Part shown: positions 32,155 through 45,600 of the stretch, in pieces | How positions within the stretch are numbered: the stretch's first letter is position 1 | Layout: each line of letters opens with the position of its first letter | Origin: a virus | Direction: 5' to 3' (one strand) | Length of the DNA: 64,000 nucleotides | Virus record (IMG/VR): IMGVR_UViG_3300045988_078326 | Made by a program: the position numbers and the translations under genes | The notes under the pieces: model-generated | Database searches by the model: none | What the model saw: the letters and a program-made list of their open reading frames with translations, nothing else | What the model was told of the DNA's origin: nothing

Positions 32155-34666
32155 TTATACATAGATAAAATCAATAATAACATTATACAAATCCTAATAG
32201 TTCTCTGGAGCATCAATATTATCAGGATTGGGTAACACATATATACCGTTTACACCCTAATTATACAAACTTAATGCTGTCTAATAAGCCTCTATATAGG
32301 TAGTCTAAATATTATTATATGAATCCCAGTAAGCTCTATATCCCTCTGGATCTGTATCCGGGTCTGGCATAACTGGATTTTCTTTATAAAATTGTTCCAA
32401 ATCGTCTGCTCGTTTTTTATCCGCAGCCTACATTCCTTCAGTTCCCTACTCAATCGCCTACTAGGAGGCTTCTTCATCTTTTTCATACTTTCTAGGTCTA
32501 ATAAAATACATATTAGTAATAGCTATGTCATCATCTAGTTCATATATTCCAGTTCTACCAACCATAATAGTCTTTGATTCATTCATAACTATTTTTGTGC
32601 CGGCAGGAGCCTATACCCCAACTTTATTAAATTGAGAGGCTCCTACCTAGGCAATAATATCACTAAATATATTCTACCCACTAGAGACGTAGCTACCACT
32701 GTTATTATCTATTACATTATAATATACTTGACCAACAGTTGGCATTATCTCCTACTCCTCCTTATACTCTCGTTAATACTTCCGTTGCAGTAATGCTCAT
32801 AGTTCCATTATAAGCAAGAGGCAAAGTAAACTGAGTTATCTAGTAATTTCCACTAATGCCGCTATCTTTATCTTCAATATAGAGAATATTATTTGGCTCC
32901 ATATAATACTTTGGTAAGCAAGTAATAGATATGGTTGTATTATAATTTAAATTCTAATACAACATTTCTCTAATCTTATCAAAACAACTCGCATTAGTAG
33001 AGCTTATTGAAAATAAATCATAGTATTCAGAAGTAAGAACAAAAAATCTCTAACCTATCCCTCGATATTCTGCTATCAAGTCCTAATCAAGTCCTTCAAT
33101 AAAAATAATATCAGGGGCTTCCATATTATATACGGAAGTTATATCAGAACCATTAACCACTTTAGTCCTTCTGCCTATTTCATTTATTGAATATTTTCCC
33201 ATCTCTGAACCCGTATCTATAAAATCTAACCAATAGTTCAAATTTTCTGGATTGTTAAAAACATCAGGGTTCCAATGATCGTATTCATCCCATTTCTCAT
33301 TCAATGGATCATATAAATTACGCCATTCCGCGATTAATTCGGAATCATAGTAGTTATCATATACGCTATTAGTTACCTGCGCATTTAATGCTCTACGGTA
33401 CAGCTCTTCTCGCCACTCATCACATGGAGACCCGATTAATTTTGTTTCATATCCAGATACAGAGTAATCACTAGCTATATTATTAAAATCATATCTTACT
33501 ATTAGTCCAGTTTCTTTATCACTAATAGCCCACATATAATACCCAGCCAAATCTATAATAGGTTTGGTATCAATAGCTAAATGGTATCTAATGTCCACTT
33601 CTACATCAGATGTAGTTTTTCTTTTACCCCAAACATAAAAATCATTTTTAATATTATCAAACTTTGGACTGCGGGTTATCGCAGTCGTGGTATCAAGCTC
33701 GGTTAAAGAATATAAGAATTTAGCATTATTATAACTCTTTACATAGTTTGCTGGCGTAAGTTCAGTTAAAGGGCTTCCAGTATTAAGATAGTTCTTTATC
33801 TCCTAAAAGATAAAACGACCGTTTATATCATAGAAATATTCAAAATTTCCAAGAACATCCACTATCTTATCTAGTAATGCAGTTACAGTATCACCAGCAT
33901 CTAAAATCAATTCACCGGGATATGTAAATTCTGTTTCTTTATATCCAGCATCCTATCCATAGCTTACCATATGCGGGAAGTCTGAGCTGGGAGAGAAATC
34001 CATACTCTCATAATTATTACTAAAATATACTGGTTTGTCACCAATATACTTAACCAACATTTTACAGGTTTCCTCTATATCTGTAATAATTATATTCTCT
34101 ATAGCTTCCCCTCCCCAGTGGTTTACCGCTTCATATATAATCTGGAATATGGTCGGATATACAATCTCTATATCTCCATCATTCTTCTATATGTAACTTT
34201 CATGGAGGGTAATAGAACCTGGAAAGGTACCTCCCGCAGTTCCATCTAATAAACACATCTTATCTTTTCCATTTATAGAAATTGTCCATCCAGAAGTCGA
34301 TCTTGCTATTGATGCATTAGACAAGACAAATAGTCCGCAAGGAAACCAAATTATATCTCCATAACTAGAATAAGATCTTAAGGGGTTATTATATCCAACA
34401 AACACTTTAACCTTTTTGTTTATCGAAATCTCGTTATCTATATTCTCTATATCGCTATTATTTCCATCGGCTAGCATAGTTAAACTAATTGTTCTGCGCA
34501 CTGAAGATGAACCATTAACACTTAAACTTCCTGCTGTTATGCGACCTTGTATCTCTCTAATAGGTTTTTCATCGAAAGAAAGCAAAATAATTTTCGCATA
34601 ATGGGTTTTAATGTTTAACTTATCAAGGGCAGTAAGAAATTCCATATCGTTTAAATAATCAAACAT
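32155..34666 (-). other. tail-associated protein region (prophage-tail / Tal-like N-terminal domain); gene boundaries unresolved
   Basis: ORF 34187..34666 (MFDYLNDMEF...DIIWFPCGLFVLSN...) and ORF 33083..33598 share a frame. The 3' end near 32155 lies in another frame, so this span holds one or two genes. Confidence 0.35.
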
Positions 34667-34670
34667 AATA

Positions 34671-37448
34671 CTATTCCACCTTCATACGCATTTGATTTGT
34701 TAAACACTTATAGTTTATTACACAGAATTGAGCGCTTTCTAGAGCGATATATTTAATCATATTATCCAATGGGTTAAGTGTATATCTCCCTGTGGGACCG
34801 ATTTTTACAGTAATAGGATTACTTCCATCAGCATTTGAGCTAAGAAGAATAGTAGTTCCTTCGTCTGCTTCTATATCGAACAAAGTAATATCACTAAAAG
34901 TGTAATAAATCTCTCCGTCTGTTAGCTGTCCATCGCTACTTAATTCAAAGTGTGTATTATATATAAGCTCAACTTGCTTTTGTGTCTCTTCTTTTATTAT
35001 CTCGTAGATATTTACCGTTTTATATAGATTAAAAGTCGTATTATCAACAATAATATCTCCTTGTTTATCCCTAACTAGAAATTTTTCCATATTCGCAGGA
35101 ACATTACTAAATATGCGATATGTGTCACTATTCTTATAATCATAGTTATAAAACTTTAAAACACCATCTGTTCCTGTAAATATTCCAGAAATCTAACCCC
35201 AAATACGAGAAGCATCAATAGCAGAAACAACTCCCACTGAAACATCTTCAACCTAATTTAACTGACAAACATAATTCACAATAATAGGAACTGTTGATGC
35301 AGATAGAGATAGAGAATTAACATTCTCACTTAAATGATACATTCTACCTGGTGCAACTAAGATCCTTGAACCATTAACATTAATTTCAATAGTCGCAGAT
35401 TCAGGCCCATCAAGAGCAAGAATTAAATTTTCACATTCCTCAATCTATCTATCATACTCAGAAGTATCTTCTTCATTACCTGCGGCTTCCGCTCTAAGAG
35501 CTTCTAATTCTAGTAGCTACGCGGTTAGATCTATCTTTGGGTATTGTTCAACTAGGATATCAGTAACCTAAACTAAGTTTAGTTTATACCCTCCACCTAT
35601 GCTAACCTCTTCCTATTCTCTTATCTTTGCGTATAAGTCTATATTTCGACCATAAATTCCGCTTATCTGCCCAAAGGAATTTATTCTATCTTCGCTTGCT
35701 AAACTCTCAAATTCACCAATATCAATTATATTAACTTCATTTAAATTTTCTATGGTGTTCTCTAATACTTCATATGCCGTAGCAGAAAAAGAATAGAGCA
35801 TGCGGCCGACCGTATTATTCGGAGTCAAAGAAATATTAAGCAAGCCTATAACTATATTCCCTTCGGTTGGAGACTTAAATAATTTATAGTTAAAATCATT
35901 TAAAAATTCTTCTACCTTTTCTCTAAAAGCTCTTTCAATGAAAACATTATCATCTGTTAAATCAGTTGAAATAGATAATTTACTCTCATTAGTTGAGACT
36001 TCTGAATGAGTTGTCTATCTCTCTTGACATTTTCCTCTAACCACATTTTTGATAGTAAACTTATCTTCTGGGATTGCAAGTTTGCCATTATAATAAAGGC
36101 CATCATCATCTAGAGAGAAGAATGTCTAATATTCATCCATCTAAAAACTAATCAAACCAGAAATAGGAAATTCTGCATAGTAAGCATTACCATTCTAAAT
36201 TAAATGAGGGTATTTATCTCCTAAAGTATCCTATTTACTTCTTAAAGTGGTATGTTTAAAGCTGGATAAGGTTTGATTGAGTGATAGTTTTAACTATACT
36301 CCATCTCTATAAATATAGCTGTGCTCAAAATCAACACTACGACCTTGGTTAGAGGTTTCATATACCTAGGAAGTCCGCAATCCTGCGGAGTTCTCTTGCT
36401 ATATAGCGTATTTGTATCTAATTCCGCTTTCAATAATAAAATCGGTATAGATTAGTGAATCGTTCAAAACCTAATTAGAAAATTTAAGATACTTCAAATC
36501 TTCCCATATCTAATAATTATCTTTCTCTGAACTTCTAGTTATTACATAACTTCCACTTAATCCATCTTTTGCTGTGCAAAAAATCTTTATACAACCATTC
36601 TCTTTGCAATATATATCGCTATCTTCAACTCTTATAGATACTCCTTCTAAATCACCTAGATAAGTTCGACTAACAGAAAAATTATACTAATCAGACTCTC
36701 CCTCATAACCATTGACGGTAATAATAGAGTACACAACAGTATAATCTTCACTATTAGTTAATACTGTTTTAAATCTATGAGTATCTGTATTATTAATAGA
36801 GCCATTATGCTAGATCCACCCAGAGCTTTCGATTAAATCACTGAGATCCTACGAAGAACCTTTGTATAAATCAAATTTATATTTATCCAATAATTCATTA
36901 CTACTAGATTCAATCTTGTAACTGCCAATAAATAGCGGTGTTAAAGTTGCTTCTACTCGTTCTGTAGATATAACATCTTCTCGCTTTGCCTCGTCGTTTT
37001 CTATAATAATAGTCGGAGTATCTATCGCTTTAATTACCATTACAGTAGACCATTCAGAGAAAGCTCCTTCATCTATTTGCTATTGTTTCCATGTTGCAAA
37101 TTCATCTACCGAGGTATACATAGGATTAATTCCAAAGCGCATCTGCACTTTATATAAATACCCTGGCTACCAAGATTCGAACAATTCATTTTTATTGATT
37201 GATACAAAATACTAATTGCCCAGGGAACCAATAGCAGAGGGTGCTTTATAGATTGTCCCATCTGGGTATTGATTTGTATTAACAATGCTTTTATTATTCG
37301 ACTAACGCACTATTCTTACCTATATATGTCCTATATCATTAAAAGATGTAATTGACTGTAAGGTAAAATAGATTTGATATACATTCACACTGGCTAGAAA
37401 CGCTGGCTATGTGCTCTACAGAGTAGGCGGGTAAATACTAATTGGCAT
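34671..37448 (-). CDS. large baseplate / structural protein (about 925 aa)
   Basis: RBS GGAGGCGTTAACT before ATG about 37448. ORFs 36849..37040, 35613..35843 and 34671..35090 all lie in this frame and are joined by sense TAGs, with no TAA or TGA. Confidence 0.5.
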
Positions 37449-37536
37449 AGTTAACGCCTCCTTTTTCTCATCTAAGATATTTAAAAAATCTTATATCATT
37501 AATAAAGATAATTGGCCAAAAGGCTGACGAGTTTTA

Positions 37537-37905
37537 TTCCTCGTCAGCCTCCACCATAAAGTATAGAATATTCATAACCTTTAAAGGAATATCATATCCC
37601 TACAAAATATCAATAGAAAAGGTAGCTAATGGAACGCTAGTATTTACAGCTAATAAGTTATTTAGTTCTTTATTCGCCGCGTCTCTTTTCTCTTCTGGGA
37701 TTGAATAAGTAATATCGTCTACTTGTTCTCCATACCTTTCAATAATTTTCTTGCGCTCATTATAAATATCCTCAGCAATAGAAGAAAGAATTTTTAAATT
37801 TCTTATCACCGAATATGACACACTTGCGGGAAGGCATGATTGATCTTGAACTATATTACTTAATCCCTCGGTTATTTCTAAAATATCCTTGTTTGACATT
37901 TTCAT
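37537..37905 (-). CDS. hypothetical protein
   Basis: ORF 37600..37905 continues through a sense TAG to about 37537. Confidence 0.35.
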
Positions 37906-37930
37906 AATTAAAACTCCTTTTTCTCTTATG

Positions 37931-38666
37931 GCGAAACCGCATCCGCCAATGCTTCAAATAATGCTGCACTAATCAAGGTTTCATCCGCAGTAACTCTTGA
38001 AGTCCCGCAGGCAGATGCCATAGAATTATAAATGCTTGCGGTTATCCAATCTCCACTTGAAACTTTCAAATAATCATATGAAGAATACTAACTTGATTGA
38101 TTGCGCCAACTTTTATATTTACCAACCTAATCGGCTAATTCATTCCAGTTAGCTGCGGTGGCATAATCTGCTATATAATCTCCCGGGCTACACCCAAAAG
38201 AAAAACCAGTTGGTTGTGTATATACAGTTACACTATCTGATGCAGACCCCAAGCTAACTGTTGTCCTAGATGTAGTCGGACCAGTTGTTGTTGTTACATC
38301 TTCATAAATTGGATTTCCTTCCTCGTCTTTTCCTACCTCTTCTCTATGGGTAGACCATCTAGTTACAGTAGTGGTTTTTGTGCATCTAGCACTCAACGTC
38401 CCTCTTACCGTATTTGCCCTGCCCGCAGTTAAACCAGTAAAGGTATGAGTTGGTTCTTTAGAGCTAGAAGTTCCTCCATCACTAAAACTCCAACTCCATA
38501 CTGTATTACTATAAGAGATAGTAGTTCTAGAACCATTTTTACTATCTCCGGTTGTGGTTGTTCCAGAATCGCTTGGATATACCCATCCTACCGCAGTACA
38601 ACTTATTGAAGCATATCTCTATCCAACACTAGAATAAGAGGGAGAGTGTAAGGTTACAGAACCCAT
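37931..38666 (-). CDS. hypothetical structural protein (about 245 aa)
   Basis: RBS GGAGTGATTATAT before ATG about 38664. Same frame as ORF 38127..38396. Ser/Thr-rich. Confidence 0.4.
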
Positions 38667-38679
38667 ATATAATCACTCC

Positions 38680-41600
38680 TTATGCAAACTAGGCATAAAT
38701 ACCTTTCTATCCAGATTTTGGTACATTCATGTTGAAATTTTCTGCATTTACCCAGATACCTGCTCCCTCAGCATTTAAAGCTATATTTCTTGCAGACTAA
38801 AGAATAATACTCTATCCCTAATCAAGTGTCCTAATACCAATATTGTCAGTAACACCATCATCATCTCTACCTGGTACATATCCTAAAAATCCAAGATAAG
38901 TATTCCAGCGACCATGATCATTATAATATATTTGTACCTATTCTGTCTATACTAAGCCGTTAAACAATCTTGTAGTACCATTCTCTAATCCATCTTCACT
39001 AATAGTCCACCCGCCGATTTCGCCATTATCACAGGTTAAAGTAGTCGCATTAATATCTCCACTAATATCTACGTTATCAGATTCAAAATCCTCACATACA
39101 ATCCTACCATTTGAATATAGAGTGGTTCCGCCTCCAGAGATTCTACTTGGACTAATAGTCCACCCGCCGATTTCGCCATCGTCTGCATAAATAGAGCCAT
39201 TAATCGTTGCATTTTTACACTACATCTCACCTGAACTGGTAACATAAAAATAAGAAGAACCAGAGAAAACAGGTCTATCTGCTGTGCTGCTAGAACTAGC
39301 TCCAGCCCAGAAACGATAAGTTCCTGAACTTGCTATACCGGTTCTGTAATTATCGCTAGTAAGTTTATTAGAAGAAAGAATCCATCCTCCAATATTTCCC
39401 TATTTAGCAGTAATTAATCCACCTTTAGAGACAGAAAACTTAGCGCTTGAAGCAGTTGCACTACCAGCCCACATAGCAAAATCATTATTATTTGTAGGTG
39501 TAGATGTATTAGTAGGCGACTGGCTATTCAATTCGACTCTTGTTGAACCAGAACCGCTATACAGTCTATTGGTTTCAATAGTCCAACCATTAGACCCAGT
39601 TTTTGTACCACCTATCTTGCCGGAAGAAGCATAAATAGTTCCTGAAATTTCAGCATTGGCCGCATTTACAGTACCATTATACTTTACTGTGAAAACACCG
39701 CCACCGATTTTAATAGCCTCTGTAGAGCCATCAGCTTTAAGATCTGCTAGTGTAATAGTCATTCCATTGGATGCGTCTCCACCTTCACCAGAAGAATTTC
39801 CTCCTCCATAAATTTCGGCAGAGGTACCATCAATAATAATCTACCCACCACCAGTTTTGGATCCAAAGAAGGCTGTACCATCTTCCATTAGACCAAAGGT
39901 ATTAACTCCTGCTTTATATCCATACAAACCAATTTTAGACTAGACACTATCTTTCCCCATTACTACACCAGTAAAACGATTAAAGCTATCTTTTTCTCCT
40001 GCGCCTATCTATGGTGCCAAAATATACTGACCATTTTCTTCATCAATTTCAAGCTATGTACCATCCCACCCATTGATTAATTCATTTCCATAGGTGTCAA
40101 GATACAAGATGATTGGATGATAAATATATTTCCCTTCATACTCACACTTTAATAATGCGATGCTATTATCTTCAAAGATAAAGCTAGAAGCTGGTTCCAA
40201 ATAGTAAAGACCATCCTATTCTTTTATTGTTAGTATTTCTTCTATAATAGAAGTAATATTCTTGCTCTAATCAACTTCGTTGACAATAAATTCAATATTA
40301 TTACTATAGAACTAGGGATTTACTCCAGAAGCAGTATATTTAATATAAGAAGGAATAGAGCTAATATCAATACTCTCTATTTCTTGATCAGAAAAATTAA
40401 CAGCGACATCAATAGGATAATTACTATAAATATCATAAGTTCTATTATTCTTATTATCATTAATAGTAACTTGTACTTTCACATAACCGCCAATGGGAGT
40501 AGATACCAGTTGATTATCTCCACTAATTATCTTGCGGTCATCCAAGGTGCTATCCCCAATATTAACATTAACCCCTGTCCATTTATAGGTCAATGTATAG
40601 TTTCCATTGTCGTTAATTAACTCTCCATCTTTATATACGTAACATCTTAAAGGTAAAGTATTTTGCCATGAGTTATCCCTATAGATAAGAGGAACCAGGC
40701 CAGAAAGTTTTAGACCAGTATTTTCATCAAAAGGACGAATTGCAGTAACATAGGTCGTACCATTAGTACCCTAATCTCCATCTTTTAAGAATAAAATCTC
40801 TTTCTAGAAAGAGTATCTCTATTCATCCATAGTAACTATACGAACTAAGATAGTATTATTATTAAAATTAACTTTATACTTCTATTTAATAGTATAATGT
40901 AAAATATTGCTATTGTCAACCCAAAGATTTTCTATCATAGATTCACTAGGATTATATCTTGAATTAGTGATATTTTTCCCATCTGGGCCAATCCATTCAA
41001 CCTTATAAGAAGTTCCAACTCCATCTTTCCAAGTTAAAACAACCTAAAGAGTTCGTTCCTTCTCAGCATCTTCTATTGTTATATCTCCGTTTGCATCATA
41101 TCTAAAGGTATCTTCTCCATTATAAATGATTGTAACATCTTCCTCGGAAGAACTATTTGTGACAAGATGCTCTAATACACAAATAATCTAGCTATGCTCT
41201 TTATTATAAACGCCGCAAACAAAAGTAACAGAAGAATATAGCAGTAAATTAGTTACAGTGATAGAATTTTGTTTTAACCCTACTGCGGTATAACTTCCAT
41301 CTGGATAAAGCATATACCAATCTCCAATTAAAACAGTATCATCTACATTGTTCTAAATTTGAATGATAATATCTTCACCAACCGTAGTTTGATCTAACTC
41401 AAAACTATAGTCACTTGTTAAGTTATAAATCGTTGTTTCTGCGCTTAATGTCACGCTATCATTATATACAACGATCAATTTATACTACTTTTGATACTCA
41501 ACCTATTCAGCATTAAGTGTCAGCGTATTGCTCTCGGACGCTGTGACGGGAGCCCATCCTACCCCAGCATTTTTGTCATACAAATCGCTCCCTAGTAAAA

Positions 41601-42600
41601 CGCTTACATCCCTCTCAAACCATTTACATTCACAGGTTTCTTCGTCCATAATATTATCGCCCTAATAAATCAATCTACCAACCAAATCAAGAGAAGAGAT
41701 CTCGTTAGTGAATGAGTTTCCTCGCGGGGTTGATATATCTAAGTAATATAAATTATCAGTTAAATCTTTCTATTCAACAAACTGAATCTCTATATCCTTT
41801 ACAAAAATATTAGGTACAGTTCTATTCTCTTTATCTGTAACTACACCAGATTCTACATAACGATCATAGACAAAGTTTTCTTCAAATAATTTAATCTGTT
41901 TAAGTCCAGTTAAATAATTCTTTTGAGTTTTTATGACTACAGATTGCGGGCTATAGACCTAAAAGCGATATGGATCTCCATTAAAAGAGCTTAGATCTAG
42001 TTTGTAAGAAACTATATCTCCACTTTTTGTGAAAAACTATATATCTAAACCATAATTTCCTTTTGTATGCTCACAGTGGAAGGTGGTCAAGAAAGAAGCC
42101 TTGATTCTAATAAGTTCATTATTGTTTGCGTATTGTTGGAATAATCCATGATAACCCTCTTCAGCACCATCATAAATAATCTATTGACTTAGATCACTAT
42201 CGGCAGGTGCTCCAGCTACAACGCCCCTTTCCGCACTCTTATCATATTCATACATAGTATCAAAGGTTGGACTTTTCTCTATTATTGAATTGGATAGGGA
42301 CAACATCTCTCCATATGATAGCGACTATTCACTTGTTTTACATACTATTCTTTTCCTTGCTGACAAATCGTCTTGAGGTATGGTAACGTATACGGTATCT
42401 CCCACTTTATATTGTTTCTTTACATCATCGGAAAAAGCAGATACTATATTACCAGAATATTTAACTTTATATTCTCCAGTATCCAAATTAACTATACTAT
42501 TAATCTCTGCTGAAACAGTTTTATCATAAGTTAATTTTGATAGTGCTTTATCAACAAGAATATCTATTGTCTAAAAGATAGATTCAGAAGCTGTATTCAT
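38680..42600 (-). CDS. giant tail fibre / tail spike with GEIGGWTI beta-helix-like repeats (about 1300 aa)
   Basis: RBS AAGGAGG before ATG 42598-42600. Same frame as ORFs 40312..40593 and 39400..39762. The C-terminal part has repeated ...DDGEIGGWTISPSRISGGG...DNGEIGGWTISEDGL... Ends at TAA 38680-38682. Dozens of sense TAGs. Confidence 0.5.
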
Positions 42601-42624
42601 ATTCTTCCTCCTTTTACTCATAGG

Positions 42625-42657
42625 GAATAATAGGGGAGATTTTCTCCCCTATTATTC
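42625..42657 (-). other. stable stem-loop at the 3' end of the tape-measure gene
   Basis: 15-bp perfect inverted repeat gaataataggggaga/tctcccctattattc with a 3-nt loop. It overlaps the tape-measure stop codon and has no adjacent U-run. Confidence 0.35.
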
Positions 42658-45600
42658 TTTTCTTCTATTCGCCCATTGAGTAGCATCATCCGCCAAACTA
42701 CGAATAGCATCTTGAATTTCATCAGAAGATGTCGCATTGGGGAATTCAACTCGTTCAATATTTATATTTGGCTAAACCACATTATCTGTCGGCGCAATCT
42801 AGGTATTAGTTCCCAATCTAGATGCCATAATACTAGAAATAGATAATGCATTTCCATCAAGAGTTTTCTCAATAGAGGCTATAAAACTAGGTCCAAAGGC
42901 TCTCATAGCAGAGACCGCCGCCAAGATATTTTTCGTATCCTCTTGATTTAAAACTAGCTCTTTTTCATGCAAGAAAGCTAATTTAGCATTATCAAATTCT
43001 CCGGTATATCCTCCAGTATCGAAACCACTTATCTAACTTTCTTTTAGCCATCCATAGGCAGAATTATTAGACTGCACATGGATTGGATATGGTCTACCCT
43101 TAGCTATATTTGTTATTCTAACCTTTTTACCTGGACCACGTCTACCAGCAGGATCAGTACCATAAGAGTCATGATAATAAGTTCCGCCAATATAAGTAAC
43201 TTCGTCTCCTACTTCGGGGATTCCATTACCCCCTCCGGTTCCACTGCTAGAAGACCCACTACCACTATTACCTGAGTTACCTTTATCAGTATCAGAAGAT
43301 TGACTTGAATCAGAAGAAGGTAAGTCATCTTTATCTATACTTCCTGCACTTTCTATTGTGCTACCAGCAGCTCTAGCGGCTTCTTCAAGCGCTCTTATAT
43401 ATTCTCTGACTGAATCGGCCATATCTAAATACTCTTGACTTAAATCTTGAATAGTGCTTATCTATTCTAACATCTAAGTAACGGCATTTGATCCAGCCTC
43501 AGAGCACAAATCAGTAGAAGTTGAAACATCGTCGATATAATCTTTTAAATCATCGAGACTTGTTCCAGTCTAATCGGCTACTCCAGAAACAGTAGTTTGA
43601 TAATCTTCCATCGCTCCGCTAGCTTCATCCATTGCATTAGATAAAAACTCTTCAAAGTTACCAGCATTAGCGGTCATATTGGCTAAGTCTTTCGCAAATA
43701 CATTATCAAATAGGTCAATAAGTTTTGTATTACTTCCTACTATATCTTGAATCTACTCGTTATCTGATAGTAACAAATCAATAATGCTAGAGCCAGAGTT
43801 AGCTATAATATCTTGAATTTCTTGACTTGTAATTCCAGTTAGGTCACTTACCTCGTCTCCCGCAACAATAGCCATATCAATTAAAGCTTTATTGCCGGCT
43901 TCGGTCATATCCTAAATAGCGATCTATTTTTCGTTCTCTAGGTCCTTAACCTTCTGCGTATAATAAGAATAGATTTCTTGCGCGCGGGCAGATCTTTCTT
44001 CATCAGTCAAGGTCATATCAGAATAGATTTCTTTTATCTTATCTTGACATTCTTGCCAAGTAGAAATAATCTCTCCTGTAACATCCTCTACCTACTGCTT
44101 TGCTATATTATACCACTCATTCTCCGCATCAAGCAAATTCTATTCTGCGTCAGCTATCTGGCTCGCATCTGCGGTGTATTGATAATTCCAGTTACCTTGA
44201 CTATCTCTCACTAGTCTAAGTTGATTTTTCGCATTTTGAGCATCTTCAAGTGCCATCTAAGCCTAAAGAACATTATACTTAGCTTCGAGAATTTCTAAAT
44301 CGTATTCAGATAAGGTATTGTTCTCTCTACGTATATCAATTTCCTCTTGTAGCTATTTTAACTAATCTTTCATCTTAGAGTTAGTAGCCTTATCAATATC
44401 CTGTTGTAGTTTATTATACCAAGAAGATACCTCATACGCTTCATTTACTTTATCTAAATATCTATCCTCTTGCTCGATATAATGATCAAACTTGTCTTGT
44501 AGTAGATCTAATCCTACTCCGCCAGAAACAGCCTATCCAAATTCATATACTGCTCTCTCAATAGCTTGAGTATACATCTCCTAGGCAGTTTCCATAGCGG
44601 CTTGCGCAGAACTTAACATAGCCTCTTGTGCTTCATTATATTCTTCTAGTAGAGCATCTCTATTAGCTTTTAGACCATCATATGCAGGATCCGTTTCATC
44701 TCCGCCTAATGCGTCTAGTGCAGCTTGAGCTTCCAATAGTTCTTGACGGATTCCATCGTACCATTGTTTATTTAGCTGCGCATTGGCGACCTGAGCCTTC
44801 ATAGTTTCTTCGCTTACTTCCTGAAGCTACTCAAATCCTTCCTCAGTCTTATATGTAACTCCCTAAAGAGCATATAGTTCTTTGATAAGTCCTAGAACGG
44901 ATTCATTATGGTCAAGCTAATCAGTAAAAGCTGCAAATCTTTCTGACGCGGCATCTAATGCATCTGGTAGCATTTCTTCAAGACCTTCTACCCAATCAAG
45001 CAAAGCTTCCGCAGTAGAAATCATTTTACCTTGCAAGTCAGATAACTTGCTTACAATCTCATCAATATTAGTCGCATCTGTGGCATTAGCTAATTCTTCC
45101 TGATAACTTTTAAGGGCTTCTTCATAGCTCTTGATGATTTCCTTATTCTCATTCATACTGTTTTCATCAATACGAGCGACTTCCATTCCATGAGTTAGTT
45201 CATCACCAAAAGATTCTGCTATTTGTCTTGTTAGCTCATTAACCGCATCTTTAGCATCTTTTATATCTATTGCAACTTCAAGTTTATATTCAATCTAATT
45301 TAATCTATTATCTGCAATATTTCTTTCTAGCTCTTCTTGCTCATCTTTTACATCTTGAATCTTGTCAAGAGTTTCTTCATATTGAGCTAAAGCGTCCTAA
45401 CGAGCCTAGAATAATTCATCAGCAACTTCTTTTTGTAATTGCCAACTATCATATTCTGCCTATCTAGCCTCCTATTCATCTTTAGTAAGACTGCTAAACA
45501 TTAATAAGAAAGCGTTGTAATCGGTTAAGAAGTTATTATTATAATCATCAACAATAGATTGAAGAACGTCTTGATAACCTTCAATTTCTCCATTTTCATC

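Noticed and set aside
37130-37200. tRNA-like GTTCGAATC (T-loop-like) string on the minus strand
   Set aside because: It lies inside the continuous reading frame of the 34671..37448 structural gene. No complementary T-stem, acceptor stem or anticodon arm could be formed.
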